Shown one piece after another: positions 60,859 through 64,000 of a DNA stretch of 64,000 nucleotides. Position numbers and translations under genes: made by a program. The DNA is taken from assembly GCA_964035545.1 (NCBI GenBank), contig OZ037772.1:3997538-4061537 (forward strand). The letters run 5' to 3'. A model generated the notes under the pieces. It was given only the letters and a program-made list of their open reading frames with translations, ran no database searches and was not told the DNA's origin. Each line of letters opens with the position of its first letter. Positions within the stretch are counted from its first letter, which is position 1. This DNA is from Bugula neritina. Its lineage: Eukaryota; Animalia; Bryozoa.

Positions 60859-62828
60859 TAAAAGAACATTGATTAACTTGTTAGTTCAAATAGCGTAGTA
60901 GGCTACAAGAAGTTAATACATAAACATATCCATAAAAAATTGTAATATTACTTACTGCAATCAATACGTGTATTGTCAGTCTCTTGAAATTTCCCTTAGC
61001 GTTAGCAATTACTATTATTACGGTTAATACTAATATATATATTTTGTATTCCGATTATCTTTGTATACCAATTAATTAATTACTCAATTACTCAATTACT
61101 GATTTTCCAGAGACCCGGTGGCTCCTTTTATATCGGATCTTCTTGGCGGTGGTTCAGATTTCAAGGATACCGGCAACAACTGGTGAAAACTGGCCGACGA
61201 AAACTGGCGGCAGAAATTGACGCGGAATTCGGTCAGGTATGTTGTTGTTTACAGCCAAGATGGGGATTGACGTAAGAGGATCTGCTGTTGTTGACTCATC
61301 TTTGTATTTTGTAGGCTATATCATCGTTAATTGTACCTCAGTCTATAATTTGAAGAATAATTTTTGACTATAATATGGTAAAATATATCAGCCAATGGTC
61401 ACGTGTTGATCTCTATAATAGGCTATAATAATGTTAAATAATTTATTAAGCATCTAAATTGTTGTATATCATCTATATGTTGGCATGAATAAATATTCAC
61501 ACATATACATGTATATATCTCTATTTGTAAACAGCATCTGTTATATGTTTCAGCTTTTTATCCATTTCCATTTGTTCAGCAATTAGTGTTTTATTTCAAA
61601 AGTCAGTATCACAAATTTCAACACGTGATCATGGCATGTAGTACTGTCTCAACACCGCAATTACTTATTTAAAAGCCACATTACTAAATAATACTATTTG
61701 CATTATCTAAAAGAAGCTATAAAACCATGTGTCATATATATTAATTATTGCATCAAGCAATTTCTATGCAAGACCAAATATTTAACTTACTCAAAACTTG
61801 TATATTTGAATTTTTAACTTCACTCAATTACTGGGCTTCATGTATCATATAACTTTTGAATGTACTTTATATTCTTTTTTGAATGTTGTAGATAAACTGT
61901 AGTCTACATACCGTGGTGGAGCAGATATAATAATTTCTATTCCCATCAATAAAATAAGCATTTTCTACGTAAGAGAGAAACTATGTCTGTTTACCTGGTA
62001 GATTATTTTGCAAGGCCATGATAGAGTTTTGACTTTGCAAGTTATTCTGCAAGGCCATGATAGAATTTTGAATTTCCTCTCCACTATTTTTACTAAAACT
62101 CTTAAGCTATACTCATATATTCAAACCATTAGTTCTAATCATAACTACTATTAGCATATCATTCTGTAAAAACATCAAGTTGCTGTGCAGTATCTACTCT
62201 GCAAAATATAAATTACTGTGTAATCTCTGATCTGACAATAGTTTCATGCCTCTTCGGCACTCCTCAGGCTCAATATTGACGAATTTAAATTTTTACATTA
62301 AGAAAATCAAAATGCTAAACACAAGGTAAAACGTAACGAAGACATAGCAGTGGCTGTATTGTTATATAGGTTTGTAGGTGTAAATTAATATATAAAAAAA
62401 ACCATAATGTAATGTAAAAACATAATTTATAGCAGATGCATGAAGTTTTTGTTGGGTGACTATTCTCTATGGTTATTTGTATATTATTTACTATAGTACT
62501 TAAAATATAAATAGGCTACAGAGTTTCTAGGTTTTGTGGTTGCACAGTAAGAATTTTTTTGAGTGTCGGCAGGTTGATAAGAGTTCATTTCGCTTGTTTA
62601 AAGTACACATGTTAGGTTTGTATAAAATAAAGAAACCTTCCCATAGGCATAAATTACATCTTTTGGTAGTTGTGTTGTATGGTTTCGCTTTTCTTAATAT
62701 TTTCCAGCTTATGTTGTGCTTAATGTTTTTGTTAGTTAGTTGCCAAATGTGTTTGCTAAGTTCTGTTTGATTTGCTTTCTCCTTGTTTTTAAATGATGAT
62801 CTGTGGTTTGCGTATCTTAGTGTTGATA

Positions 62829-62936
62829 AATTTCATTCATTGCTACTCTTAAGATGGGTACAGTGGTACCCGAAATATCAGTGTAATTACTTTACCTAAT
62901 AAAGTAATAAATAACAATGTTTCTCGTATACCTATT

Positions 62937-62972
<36 letters not shown>

Positions 62973-63105
62973 TTACGAGCTAGAAATTTGATTATAAATA
63001 AGTATATGAGAAACATTGTTGATTTCTTACTTTATTAGGTAAAGTAAGTATACTGATACTTCGAGTACCACTGTACCCATCTTCAGAGTAGCAATGAATG
63101 AAATT
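62829..63105. mobile_element. Foldback MITE with ~110-bp inverted arms around a (TA)n core
   Basis: AATTTCATTCATTGCTACTCTTAAGATGGGTACAGTGGTAC... pairs with ...GTACCACTGTACCCATCTTCAGAGTAGCAATGAATGAAATT. Confidence 0.8.
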
Positions 63106-63685
63106 CGAAGATTATTATGTTACGTTAGACGTTATGCATGACACAAAGAATAGAGTGGCAGTTATTGTAAATTATTGAAACTTAGGGAAATAATCTTATT
63201 TTATACATTACGCAGGTCAAAAATTATACTGATTTTTTTGCATAAAAAATAAATTAGAGTTGACAAAAAAATAGATATCCAAATATAAAAACAGCAAAAA
63301 TTAGTGAAACTATGTGAGAGTTGAGTAGTGTGGAGCTATTGATATAGTTTTAGTGGTATGGAGTAATTTTGTTTATTGAGTTGCGGTTTTATTTGTTTAA
63401 TGTAGAGAGCTTCGGCTACTTTTCGATGATGGATTCCTTTAAAATTTAAATGAATGATTTAAAACTGTTACATTGTCTATTGATATGTTTCCATGATTAG
63501 CGGTGAAGTTGTGTTGATAAATTTTGGAATTAATGTCATGGCATGCAGTGTTCATGTATCCTGTGTGATAGGCGACGTTCGGTTTCGCCTACATATGTTT
63601 GTTGACAGGTAGCTTCAGGGCAGGTTATTTTGTAGACTAGGTTGTAAATGTGTTCTTTATTGGTTTTATTTTTGAGATTAAAATG

Positions 63686-63719
<34 letters not shown>

Positions 63720-64000
63720 GTACTAATACAATTTTGGATATAAAAATAAATTTAGATCTTCATTTATTGACTACAATATTGTTTCACGTAGTGCGAGCTA
63801 CAATCATCAGGTCATTGTGTGTACGCTTGAGTGATTTTGTTTTGAAATTAGTATTGTTAGTGTGTTACTACGCTGGAATGTTTTAACTAGCGTCTGTTAA
63901 GTGCGCAAGTAAAAATTTGCGTTTATGTCTACATGTGGTGGAAAGCTCTTTTCGTTTGTTGAGGGGAGATAATTCCGGTTGTTTTAAAATCATATACTTC

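Overview
AT-rich animal (invertebrate) genomic DNA, dominated by stacked transposons. At the left end is the first coding exon of a probable valyl-tRNA synthetase gene (minus strand), then a LINE 3' fragment. Nest 1 is an 8-bp-TSD foldback DNA element (3094-9582) carrying an intact 4.3-kb Ty3/Gypsy-like retrotransposon with identical LTRs. Nest 2 is an internally deleted BEL/Pao element (9805-25684) whose 3' LTR holds a GC-rich Gypsy element (14957-25398), itself interrupted in RNase H by a CACTA/EnSpm-type element (19284-21845). A Gag-protease-only LTR element follows (26152-28813). The right half holds decayed host genes (a short fibrillar collagen, a coiled-coil gene, a ZEB/zfh1-type zinc-finger exon), an EnSpm remnant, gag fragments, minisatellites and MITEs. 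The most notable candidate is the GC-rich Gypsy element. In the env position it encodes a ~490-aa protein with an acidic region, two C2H2-type fingers and a leucine-zipper-like coil. Its LTR U3 carries a dense palindromic CCGA/TCGG array just upstream of a TATA/Inr promoter. This suggests a retrotransposon-encoded transactivator with a cognate enhancer, which is a hypothesis and not demonstrated. All calls were made by eye, without database searches.
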